From: Macrostomum hystrix
Taxonomy: Eukaryota; Animalia; Platyhelminthes
Direction: 5' to 3'
NCBI GenBank assembly: GCA_950097015.1
Contig: CATNEN010000011.1
Location: forward strand, 4,526,001 to 4,590,000
Length of the DNA stretch: 64,000 nucleotides
Part shown: positions 21,499 to 32,300 of the stretch, piece after piece
How the letters are laid out: each line of letters begins with the position of its first letter
Numbering within the stretch: position 1 is the first letter of the stretch
The notes under the pieces: model-generated
Databases searched by the model: none
The model's input: the letters and a program-made list of their open reading frames with translations, nothing else
What the model was told of the DNA's origin: nothing
Program-made: the position numbers and the translations under genes

Positions 21499-24400
21499 CT
21501 AGGTGGTGATGTTTTTATCAGCGTTCGTTCCAGGCGTCTGACCCCAGCGGCCCATAGAAATTCGATGGTGCAGCAGCACCCCAGCTAGTAGGCCAACTAG
21601 CACCAGATCGGCAAATAGAATGAGTTCAACTACGCGCCACATTGAGATGACTGCCTGAGCTGCGAAGATGTAGTCCGAGTGGCTCAGCCTGTCCTTGAGA
21701 TGTGAAGCCACGTCAGGGCAGGTCGCGGTCTCATTTTGACCGCCGACGCAATCTGGCGGCAGCCCTTCCTGATTGCGCTTCAACTCGACACAGTTTCTGA
21801 ACCGCAGTTTGCCCCGCTGGGCTTTGTGAACTGGAAATTTGCAATTTATCTCAATCTATAGTTAAGACGCTCAAGCCAGGTGTGGTTAAGAACGCCTTGG
21901 TGACAAACTACTTGGTAGCAGACACTGCCTACAGACACTTCTGTAAGCAAATAGTTCAGTTCAGATACATGCAACTCAATAACAGACACTTCTGTAACAG
22001 GACACTTTGGTAACAGACACTTCTGTAACAGGACACTTTGGTAACATAAACTTGGTAACATACACTTTAGTAACAGACACTTCTGTATTAAAACACAATT
22101 CAGTACGAGCGTAAGAGACACATGGTCTACAGACACATCGTCTACAGACACATCGTCTACAGACACATCGTCTACAGACACATCGTCTACAGACACATCG
22201 TCTACAGACACTTCCGTTCGGACTTCAGACTCTAATTTAGCAAAAAATGCATAATAGACACAGCTTGGTAAATATGCTCTAACGTTATGAAACGAACCTA
22301 GTCCTTTGTCGTAGCACACAGTCCACGGTGTCCACTCAACAAAAGCGGCGTAAAAGCGTGAGCACTTATTGCCAGCATAGCCTGGCTTGCACAGACAGTA
22401 AGTTGACTCCCTATTTAGATCTGCGGATCCATTGAGAAGGGGCATGCACTGGCCCATGCCTCCGCATGAGTGTCCACTATTCTCAATTTTTGAGAAGTAT
22501 TTCTTCAACTTGCTCACTGAACAGCCAACGGAGTTGCAATGGTTGTGCAATTTGTCAGGAAGCACCTCAGACAGGTAGCCGCATCTTTCGCTTCTGTCGT
22601 GCCAAATACCGGGCACCCATTGAATACACTCTTCGTAGCCGTGCTCCAACCATCGTATATAATTCTTGGCTAAACATTTGCAGGTATAGTTCGTTAGCCT
22701 GTCAATTGTGGAATGGTTACAGCAATGATGTCAGCAATGATTTGCTAAGATCTGAGTTTACCTACGCATCGACTAGCGACAGTCGATTAACAGCCATCGA
22801 TGAAGCAATTCTGCCCATTCCGTTGACCCCGAAGAAATCTACCCTGACTTTCTCATCGTTAAACTGTGTACACTTTTGGATTAGCTCTTTCGAGCGACAA
22901 ATTGCGCAACTAGCGCCAAGCCTTCTCTCACTGAACCCTTCGCTATTGTGTACTTACGTTGCTGCGTAGCAAATTCCGTTTCCCTCATTGACGCGGCACC
23001 GCAGGTAACCAGCGAATCCAGAAATTTCACAGGCGTTGCTAGGCTTGAAACTGCAGTCCAAATTTTCGAAGCCGTCTTTGCACTTGCAGATTCCTCGGCG
23101 GTTGCTACCGGAGCGGTTCACCATGCACGAATCCGTACCAGCTAGGTTGCAGAATGTGACCATTTCAAGCGGGGTGCACGGCTCTAGACCAACTTTTGGG
23201 CCTGCCGGCTGCTGTGTGCACCTGCGAAAAGTGTAAAAACTGTGTACGTGTGGGTCGAATCTGTCGCAAAAGTAGTTCGTTTTCCATTACCTTCCTGAGC
23301 GCCAAACGCCCAGAAGATCGCGCTCTTCCTTGTTTTCCCAGACGTAGCCCTCTTCACAGAAGCAGAAGAAGTCAAAATTATGAATTTTCAAGTTAGTAGG
23401 ATGGCAGGTATCTGTGGGCCATTGGTTGTAATTGTTTTGTTACTTGTGCTCCAAATTGAGTGTTTGCAGGAAAGACCCTCATTTTCGGATCGAAATTAGA
23501 GTCAACGTTCTTAAGTATCATGAAATAAGAATGGGTTTGGAGGGAAAGAGAAGTGAGGACGAGCCAGAGGGTAAGCGTCTAAAAGGAGGGGCGAGAAACA
23601 CGATTGGGCACGTGAGAGAGAATACAATAATATATCGACCAATAACGGAGCAGGGAGAGGTTAAGCAAAGTAAGCCAAAACAGCGTAAAGTATGGATACG
23701 GTAAATTATAACAAACGGAAGGTGCCAGAAGGAGGTGAAAGTCGCGACAGAAGCAACTTGGAAATAGTGGTTTTCTTCGCAAAGACCTAGACAATCAATT
23801 TGATGCCAAGAAATCCGTTTATTTTTTTTACACCATTCAGACTCACCCGGAATGGCATTACGCATATGATTGCAGGGCTCCTCGCGGCAGCTGCCTGGGC
23901 AGAGAGCGTCAGCCGCATTGCCAGACAGATAGCGACACACGAAATAAGCGTAGGTGAGCGACAGCTGTCGTATGTCAATGAAAAAATTTGCGCAATTGTC
24001 CTTATTGGAGCCGTCGCAGTGCTTCACTGATATACAGGTATGGTAGCTAGTACGAAATAATATGTACATATTAACCCATGCTGGCCACATTATCCTGGGG
24101 TGTATTTTTTCGTCTTCGTAGCTTATAGTGAAGGCGTCACGGTTGGTTGAACTGCTTTTAATGTTCGGAGTAGGAACCGATGCTTCCCAGTACACGTCTT
24201 CTACTCCCTAAAAGTTATAAAACGGATTATTGGATAAAATAAATTCTTACTGAAATATTTACGGCTTTCAACATGAATTTAAAATGAGCTTTTACTTACC
24301 CCTTGCATTTGTTGAGCAACATACCCGAGCATATCTAGCAGGTCTGTTGTGGTATTAGTCGAAGATTTTAAATGGCAAGACAAAACACGATAGTCGCGTG

Positions 24401-26319
24401 GCAAAAGTGAACAGGGCCGCTCTAAAATGTAATTAATGCACTAATTTTTTATGTCGTGCAGGGTCAAAATTATGATTAGAGGTTGTAGCCTAGTGGTTAG
24501 GGCGTCGGACTCACGACTTGAAGGTCGGGGGTTCGATTCCCGACTCCACTGGAACAATTTGCGTCCTTTAGCAAGACACTTAACTCTGCATTGCTTCAGT
24601 TCACCCAGCTGTTAAATGGGTACCAGCATCAGCTGGGATAATTGAAGGTGGGTGTGGCGTCCCCCCAGTCCGTGGACTGAACAGCCGTACGCAGCCTTCA
24701 GATGCGCCGCGCAATAGCTGCGGCTGTGCTGTGGGCTGCACATCTGACCCAATTGGGGCAGGTGTAATAAAAAAAGGGTCAAAAAATTGTTCGAAAATAA
24801 CGGGACATGTCTCTGTAACTCCTAAATGTTTAGTAAGTTATTTTAATAAATAAATATTTTATTTAGATATGATATGTGTACGCCACTGCCCAATGAGAAA
24901 ATGCCCCACAAGACGTCACACAGCCCATGGGGTTCTTTTGGTGAGAGCTGAATGATTATAAAATTTCTTTTAAGCTAAATTGCCTTGCTCCCGGCATCAC
25001 ACTAGGTCTACTAAACGACCTCTTTGTTTGGGAGTATATTATATAAAACGATACGATAACTTAATTTGGACATTAGTATCAATAGAATCGACAGTTTGCA
25101 GCAGGACCTAATGAAGTTATAAATTTACGCATATATACTATTTATAGACAAGTTACAATAGTTTGATAAAACTTTCGTTGACTCCGTTGACTCCTGAGCA
25201 AAAGCACACTGATACCGTACGCAGGAATACAGTCACACAGGTGTGTACATCTGCCATGACTTATTTCTCCTCGTTCACTCTCACTGTGCCTTTGACGTTG
25301 ATCATCAAGGGCGCAAATTGTACAACAATGCCACAAACCTTACTCGGCGGCTGCGCCTCACATGAATTTGACCACGCTGCAGAATTGGGCTGGGGAACCT
25401 TGGTAGACGCGTTAGCCCATCAACCACGCACCCCCTACCATAATCTGTTGAATTTTTATGGTTAGAAATAGCCAACTAAAAAATACGAAATAGAGTTTTA
25501 GGAACAATCATATACTTACTAAACTCGTAGCATAGTTGTTTAATTATCGGGTGAAAAATTTCGCTCGAAACAGTAGCTGAAATGAGTGAGAATTTGAACA
25601 AGTATTCATCAGAAACCAAGTTTTTTTGTTTCCAGATACTAATAAAACATATGCTCGTTTAATTCATGATTTTTAAAGTACATTCGAGTGTTAAGTTAAA
25701 GACTTCACGAAGATTTGAACCCAGGAACTCCAAATTTGAGACAAAGACATTTATTTAATAAATAGGATTGGGCTTCATTAGTAATTTAATTTGTGTGGGA
25801 GAGTTTTTATAAAATAGAAAAAATATTCTTGGGAGAATAGCTTTTAACAAGTCATTAGTTATTAGTACGTGGCTACACTGTCGGCTATTTCGCGAGTACA
25901 ATGTCAATATTATGAAGCAGCTGAATTGACTCACGGCGGTCTAGTATGTAAATCTCGTTGGCATTTGGCTCAAGACTTGGAATAGCTGGGTAAGATTGGA
26001 TCCCAAATCTGGGTTTAGGCAGTTGCATCATTTTTCCCAATTCTGGGAAGCCGTCCTTGCCGTAGCTATCGTGAAGTGGCTGCTTACTGAGAGGTATATA
26101 GGCGAATCCACTCATTACCTTCTGGTGTGGGCTGGAGACGCTAGTAGTTGGCAGTTCGTCTAATGGCAGAGCCATCCACACTTTTGAATGCTTTATAGAC
26201 TGCATGAGAGCTTTTAGATGCATGGGGATGCTGATGTCTAAAAATTTTCCTTGCGCAAATGTCAAATGGCATAGGCTAGTCGTAATAATTAATAAAGCTA
26301 CAAACACTTTTCCAAACAT
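21499..26319 (-). CDS. Type I membrane protein: signal peptide, N-terminal region, several EGF-like repeats, TSP1, TM (~690 aa); exons 26319-25935, 24421-24300, 24207-23847, 23786-23700, 23411-23291, 23221-22958, 22698-22298, 21830-21499
   Basis: Signal MFGKVFVALLIITTSLCHLTFA; EGF-like CFCEEGY, CKCKDGFENLDC, CLCKPGYAGNKC; TSP1 WTPWTVC...RFRNC...CVGGQNETATC; TM VVELILFADLVLVGLLAGVLL; exon sum 2073 nt in frame. Middle exon boundaries are less certain. Confidence 0.78.
21985..22212. repeat. Intronic tandem repeats including 15-bp ACAGACACATCGTCT
   Basis: Visible tandem units; they generate the spurious VSVDD peptide repeat. Confidence 0.85.
22770..22930 (-). mobile_element. SINE family 1 fragment (intronic)
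   Basis: Reverse strand shows gagagaaggcttgg, gatgagaaagtcagggtagat, aatgggcagaattgc. Confidence 0.6.
24470..24774 (+). mobile_element. tRNA-derived SINE with a CORE-like central domain
   Basis: A-box TAGCCTAGTGG, B-box GGTTCGATTCC, then GTCCTTTAGCAAGACACTTAACTCTGCATTGCTTCAGTTCACCCAGCTGTTAAATGGG; A-rich tail; flanking direct repeat AGGGTCAAAA (24460-24469 and 24775-24784). Confidence 0.8.
25140..25440 (-). mobile_element. Diverged SINE family 1 copy
   Basis: gactcctgagca, caggtgtgtacatctgcc, actctcactgtgccttt and a degraded tRNA-like head near 25436. Confidence 0.65.
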
Positions 26320-26853
26320 TTGAAATTTCCTTTAGCTGCTAACACTTGTCAATTGTCTTGTTTAAAATTAGGCTACAAAAAAACGAAGTAGTCGATCTAA
26401 AGAACCTAAAATATGCAATAAGTATCAATAGCAAGTGCTTCGGGTGATGCTTTTGTCTACGGTTAAAATTAGGCATGAGCCAGATGTCAGACTTTTTGTA
26501 CTTTTAACTGTAGGCTCTCTCCCACCAAGTGTAAAGGAGGTGAATTTCTATGGTAAATTTGGTATAGTTAATAATTGAATTCATACGCATTTTATTGTTG
26601 GTATTGAATAATCTATTCGCAAGTGCTTGTTTGTCTGTGGCCCAAAATAGATCAGCATTTGAAGCTAGATAATTTTTATATATAGATTGCCAAAACACGT
26701 GCGATATGCCACATGTAATCAGTACAAATGAAATGTTGGTTTTCTTGCTTGTGTGGGCCTGTCTATGGCCAAGCCTAAGTCTTTGATCGTTCTTGATTGA
26801 CTAAATTCTTTTTTCTACTACACGTAGTCAAGTCTAGACACTAGGGTCTAAAG

Positions 26854-27240
26854 CAGGGGTCGGCAAACTCCGGCCCGCGGGCCAGATGCGGCCCTCGAAG
26901 CTCCTAAATCCGGCCCGTTGCCCCTTCTGACATTTACAGTGTCCTGTTTCATCTCTCCCGTGTCTCATCGCTCTCGTATCTAATCTCTCCCGTGTCTAAT
27001 CTCTCCCGTGTCTAATCTCTCCCGTGTCTAATCTCTCCCGTGTCTAATTTCTCCCGTGTCTAATCTCTCCCGTGTCTAATCTCTCCCGTGTCTAATCTCT
27101 CCCGTGTCTAATCTCTCCCGTGTCTAATTTCTCCCGTGTCTAATCTCTCCCCTATCTCTTATTTATACAGTCAATGCGGCCCGCTGTCGTCTTTTAGGTT
27201 CTCTCTTTGGCCCGCCAGCAAATAAGTTTGCCTACCCCTG
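26854..27240. mobile_element. Non-autonomous hAT (Charlie-like) MITE containing a 16-bp minisatellite
   Basis: TIRs CAGGGGTCGGCAAACT / AGTTTGCCTACCCCTG; 8-bp TSD GTCTAAAG (26846-26853 and 27241-27248); internal TCTAATCTCTCCCGTG repeats at ~26950-27155. Confidence 0.92.
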
Positions 27241-27559
27241 GTCTAAAGTCTTGAGTCAAGAGGGACTTGAGTCCAGTTAACGTTTTGAAAAAGAAAGTTT
27301 CGTACATTTTTAGAATGTCTTTAAAAAGAAGTTCGACTTTGTCGCTGCGTCTTCAAGCCATACTTTTATATAGTATTGTATGGTTTTATACTAAGTTTCT
27401 GACTGCCTGTGCATGCGATGCTACAACGAATTTTAGGGTGAAAAATTTTTCTCGGGTTCATAAATCTTTTTTGTTCCAAAGCGCCTTATTACCCACCTCC
27501 TTTCTTTACTATCACAAATCACCCCTTTTTCTTTGTTGCGCGACGACCCCACGATCTTG

Positions 27560-28190
27560 TCCTCACCATGCAATCATGGCGTCCGGCTGCTGAAACACGT
27601 GATCTGGCTGTCTGGTTAACAGGTCAAGATCGAGCGGACCATGCGATCAAGGCGTGCCCGCGTGACTCTCATGGTTTCTATACAAGGAGTGTGTGGCTGT
27701 ACTCTTTTTCGGCAGACTTGTTCGCATTTTCTGAGACGCAACTGAGTATACTCCTCCGATCGAGACTCTATCATCACCCTCATCTTCCGTCGTCTGCACT
27801 TCGAGCTAACTTTTCCATCTGCATCGTCTAAGCTTTCAGAGCTACCTTTGGCAACTTAATTGCGCTGGTGTCTTCACTTACACGTCTCGACCGTCGGCAT
27901 TGTGTTCCATCCGGTGAACCCGCGGTCGCATCGCGTCGCAGACCAGCTCTTGCTGAGTTCATCATCCCGCCGAGCGATTGGCTGAGCCGCCTCGGCCTTC
28001 TGGTGAAGGGAGCTCGCCTGTTCAAGCTCCACTCCTGACCAGAGTCGGCTCCAAGCCACCTGAGCTACCTGCACCCAGATACATCGCACCGGTTCGGTGA
28101 GCCCCTGATTTCGTCCTGTTCTCTTATGTGATTGGAACACTTGCGTTCGCCAACTTCTCCAATAGCCCTCCATTCATTCTGATCTAAATT
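27560..28190 (+). pseudogene. Possible decayed LINE apurinic-endonuclease relic
   Basis: GC-richer island with fragments DLFAFSETQL and PSIHSDL resembling the ETR and SDH motifs; spacing is short and frames are broken. Confidence 0.25.
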
Positions 28191-29390
28191 TATTGCTTTA
28201 AATATTTTTGTAGTCTGTTGGATGTTAATACGTACCAGATTATGGTAACTGATTAATTATGATCAAATTAATCAATGTAAATGCAAACAATCCTAAATAT
28301 CCTAAACTCCATTATCTTACTATCTGTAAATTGAAAACGTAAAGCTAAGGTTCGATATGTGCGCTTATAACTACTAATGTTTTAAAGTAATTTTCACGGT
28401 TTGCAAATTTAATGGGTCGTAAATCTGAGCTAACTTTTTAGTAACAAATGTCATTAATAAAAAATTAATTGAAAAAATTCACGCAAGATCGAGGCCAGTT
28501 GGTTCGCAATCTAGATAAATCGGTTCATAAACATGACTTGAAAGTTTAAGTGAAAAAAATTAATATTTTTATGGCGCACCGTTTTGAAGTAGAAAATTTC
28601 TAAGACAAACCTACGTCGGAAACTATCAAAGGTTCAAGTTTGAAGTTCGTTAAGAGGTGGATGTATATATTTACAATGCTTTGGGCAGTATTTTGCAATA
28701 ATATCATATTTTTTCTTGGTTTTAACCCGATCTTATTTTTCTTGCAACTTTCATATACCTTTTCTCCCATTTTTGTGAGTAACATTGAATTTCACTGTAA
28801 ACCTTATGTCTTTAGCATTCAGCTATAAAAGTTGTATTTTTATATTCGAATTTTTAATGAAAATTTAAGAAAAAATGTAATAAATAAAACTATGATTTTA
28901 AATTTTATTTCTATAACGTGTTGCATTATTATAATTTTTGAATTTGTTGAATTCACTATTTAATGAATTAAACAAATAACAAGCACACAACAATAATAAT
29001 ACAGGACTATCACTGTTTTATTGGCTAGATAACTGCCATAAAAGTATATATAAGCTAAGCTATTTGAAGGAGTTGAAATAGGATGATCATTGTCTTTAAC
29101 AATATCCAGTACTCCTGATGCATAAATTATTATTTCAGTTTTTAAAAATAATGTTGAGCTCTATATTCAAGACTAAAATTTGTATACATTGTATGTATTT
29201 TATTGATTTTCCCTGTATTTTATTTCATAATATTTTTGTTAAATCTGGTTTTAAATGATTTTTTGATTACATAATGAGTTTAAAACTAGTTAAAACTAGC
29301 AATAATTAAAACAATGTGACCTAGATTTTTTTACATTTTCTTTCAGCTCTTTAGTAGATATTTCCTGCAATTTTTTTAAAAGAAAAATAA

Positions 29391-32300
29391 ATGGAGCGCT
29401 TATTGTGCTCATTTCGGCCGAGGCGAGCTGCTGAGATTCGAACCCTTGACTTTCGCGGCCAACGCTTGCTAGAGGTTCCTATGGACGCTTTTAGAAACGA
29501 GGCCACACTCGAAGTGCTTTTGCTGGACGATAATAAAATAGCTGAGATTCGCAAGGTATGGGCTTGAGAATTTGATGACAAGTTGCTTCCTAAAAACAGA
29601 GAATCGAAAGAAACATTTAAATTACTTCCAGGAGCTCCTCTGCTGTCAAAACTTATTCCGATTGTCACTGTCAAATAATACAATTCACAATTTGCCACCG
29701 TCGATCGCGTCCTTGACTGCCCTGACCGATTTAAATCTGAGAAATAACTGTGAGTCTTTTATCTACTTTTCAAGTCTGTTTTGACTTTCCTGTCAAATTA
29801 GGTTTGAGTACTGCGATTAAGTCGTCAATCTCTCTCACCAAGGCCCCTGAGCTCGATTCCGTGGCGAGGCACCTTTTGGTTTGGGTAAAATTAACACTTT
29901 TGAGATGTAAACACCAAAGGCGCAGTGAGAGTGTACACTGCCTGATAATGAGAAATATGAGTGTACACACCCTGTGTGAGTGTTTGCCTGCGTACGGTAT
30001 CTGTGTGCTTGTTTGCTCAGGAGTCAGTGGAATGGTTAGAATTGCATCATCGAATGTCGCTAAATGAACTATTAGTTCACACAGCCCCCTGCAAAAATCA
30101 TACCAACTAATGGTTGCATAATAATAATACTAGCTGCAGGAGGGCTGCGGGCAGTGGCACATCCCTTAAAGACACTGGACCCGCAGCCAGCGAGGAGGCA
30201 ATTCTGCCCATTTCGCTGACTCCTGAGCACACTCGCACACAGATACTGTACGCAGGCATACACTCGCACAGGTGTGTACATCTGCCCTGACTTTCTCATC
30301 GTCAGGCAGTGTACATTTAACTGTGCCTTGGAGGTTGACCCTCAAGGGCGTAAATTGCACGACAAACCACCAAGCCTTCTCTCCGCGGCTGCGCCCCAAA
30401 TAAATGTGGCCTCGCCGCGGAATCGAACTTAGGGACCATGGTGCGAGAGGCAAACGCGATAACCGCTCTGCCACCGACCCCCTATGGTTGCATCATATTT
30501 AGTCATTAAATCATTCTAAAGTACTATAGCCAGAATGCCCTCTCAATTTTGTGTCAGGTATCATGGAACTGCCTGTGGAACTTCAGTGCTGCAAATATTT
30601 GGATTCTCTCGATTTGAGTTCCAATCTGTTGGAAGAGTAAGTACTACAACTTTGCTGTGTGTTTTATTCGTTTTTGTGTCCATAACGCAAATAAATCAAT
30701 TTTTTTCTGAATTCTAATTTTTAACTTTCACTGACTTCTTCATAAACTAAAAGACCTTTAACTTTTAATCTTAAGGCTTGGGGGCTTGTCGTGCATTTAG
30801 CGCCCTTGAGGGCGAATCTCCAAGGAACAATGAGAGTGTACGCTGCCTGATATCAGAATGTCAGAGCAGATGTACACACCTGTGCGAGCGTGTGCCTGCG
30901 TACAGTATCTGTGTGCGTGTGTGCTCAGGAGTCAGTGAAATGGGCAGAACTGCCTCCTCGCTGGTTGCGGATCTAGTGTCACCAAATGTAAAAACCTATT
31001 TTTCAGGAATCACTTTTCGAAATTATTTCAATAAAGAACGGAATGGTTTGTAAGTTTCAGTTTTGTTGTTATGTAGTTCTTGGTTGTGTGCCTTATGTTG
31101 TGTTTTTATATATGGCTTTCATTTATTACTACTTAGTTTAGTAGCTTCATCTGTTTATGCATTGAACATTTTCGTTGCCTTGTCCTTTTGTTTATATTTT
31201 TAAAATGCTGAAGAAATTTGCTTCGCTAAGAACTTGTGTAACTCAAATTGCTCTGATTGGCTGTTTTCTCTGTTTAATATGCGGTCAGTTTATTGCATGC
31301 TCTTTCTTAAGTAGCATCTGGCGAATATTAACGTGCTATCTACTAACGTACTTGCCTAAATACTAGGCAGTTTACAAAGCACTTCACTGGTGAAAACTTA
31401 ACATAGCGGTCAGCACGATGGTTACGATCTAAGTCCTAGCGAAGTATTCGACTGTTAAGTACTTAACAAAGCACTCGATTGTTGAGTACTTCAAAAAGCA
31501 CTCGATGGTTAAGTACTTCAAAAAGCACTCGATGGTTAAGTGCTTAACAACGTACTCGATGGTTAAGTACTTATTAAAGTACTCGATGGTTAAGTACTTA
31601 ACAAAGCACTCGATGGTTAAGTACTTAACAAAGCACTCGATGGTTAAGTACTTCAAAAAGCACTCGATGGTTAAGTACTTCAAAAAGCACTCGATGGTTA
31701 AGTACTTCAAAAAGCACTCGATGGTTAAGTACTTCAAAAAGCACTCGATGGTTAAGTACTTAACAACGTACTCGATGGTTAAGTACTTATTAAAGTACTC
31801 GATGGTTAAGTACTTAACAAAGCACTCGATGGTTAAGTACTTCAAAAAGCACTCGATGGTTAAGTACGTTAAATAACGCGAGTAAAGCAAGTAAAAGAGC
31901 TTATCAGAAGTAATTGAGAGTTAAGTGCTTTACAGAAGCAGTTTAACTAAACAAATAAAGTGTTAACAATGTTATACAATGTGTTATGTACTCAAAATTG
32001 TTATTTAGGTTGCCGGACGAGCTGTGCAATTTGACCCACCTGCGCAATCTGTTGGTTAACCAGTGCTCACTCAAGAGATTACCCGAGTGCATTGGAAAGT
32101 GAGTGAAATTATTCTGCTCTGGCTTCATCATACCACAGATTTCACAAAATCTTTGATAGGTCATTACCTCGAATTTCAGTGACTCTTTGATTGGTCATTA
32201 CCCAGAATTTCAGTGACTCTTTAATTGGTCATTACCCCGAATTTCAGTGACTCTTTGACTGGTCATTACCCAGAATTTCAATGACTCTTTAATTGGTCAT

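Noticed and set aside
24479-24550. Functional tRNA gene (also the heads at 30483, 39768, 41194, 61020)
   Set aside because: A and B boxes are present, but acceptor and anticodon stems do not pair, and each continues into a repeated SINE body.
30265-30310. Hammerhead ribozyme in SINE family 1
   Set aside because: CTGACGA and GAAA are present, but stem II is absent, no NUH with matching stems I and III could be built, and the words vary among copies.
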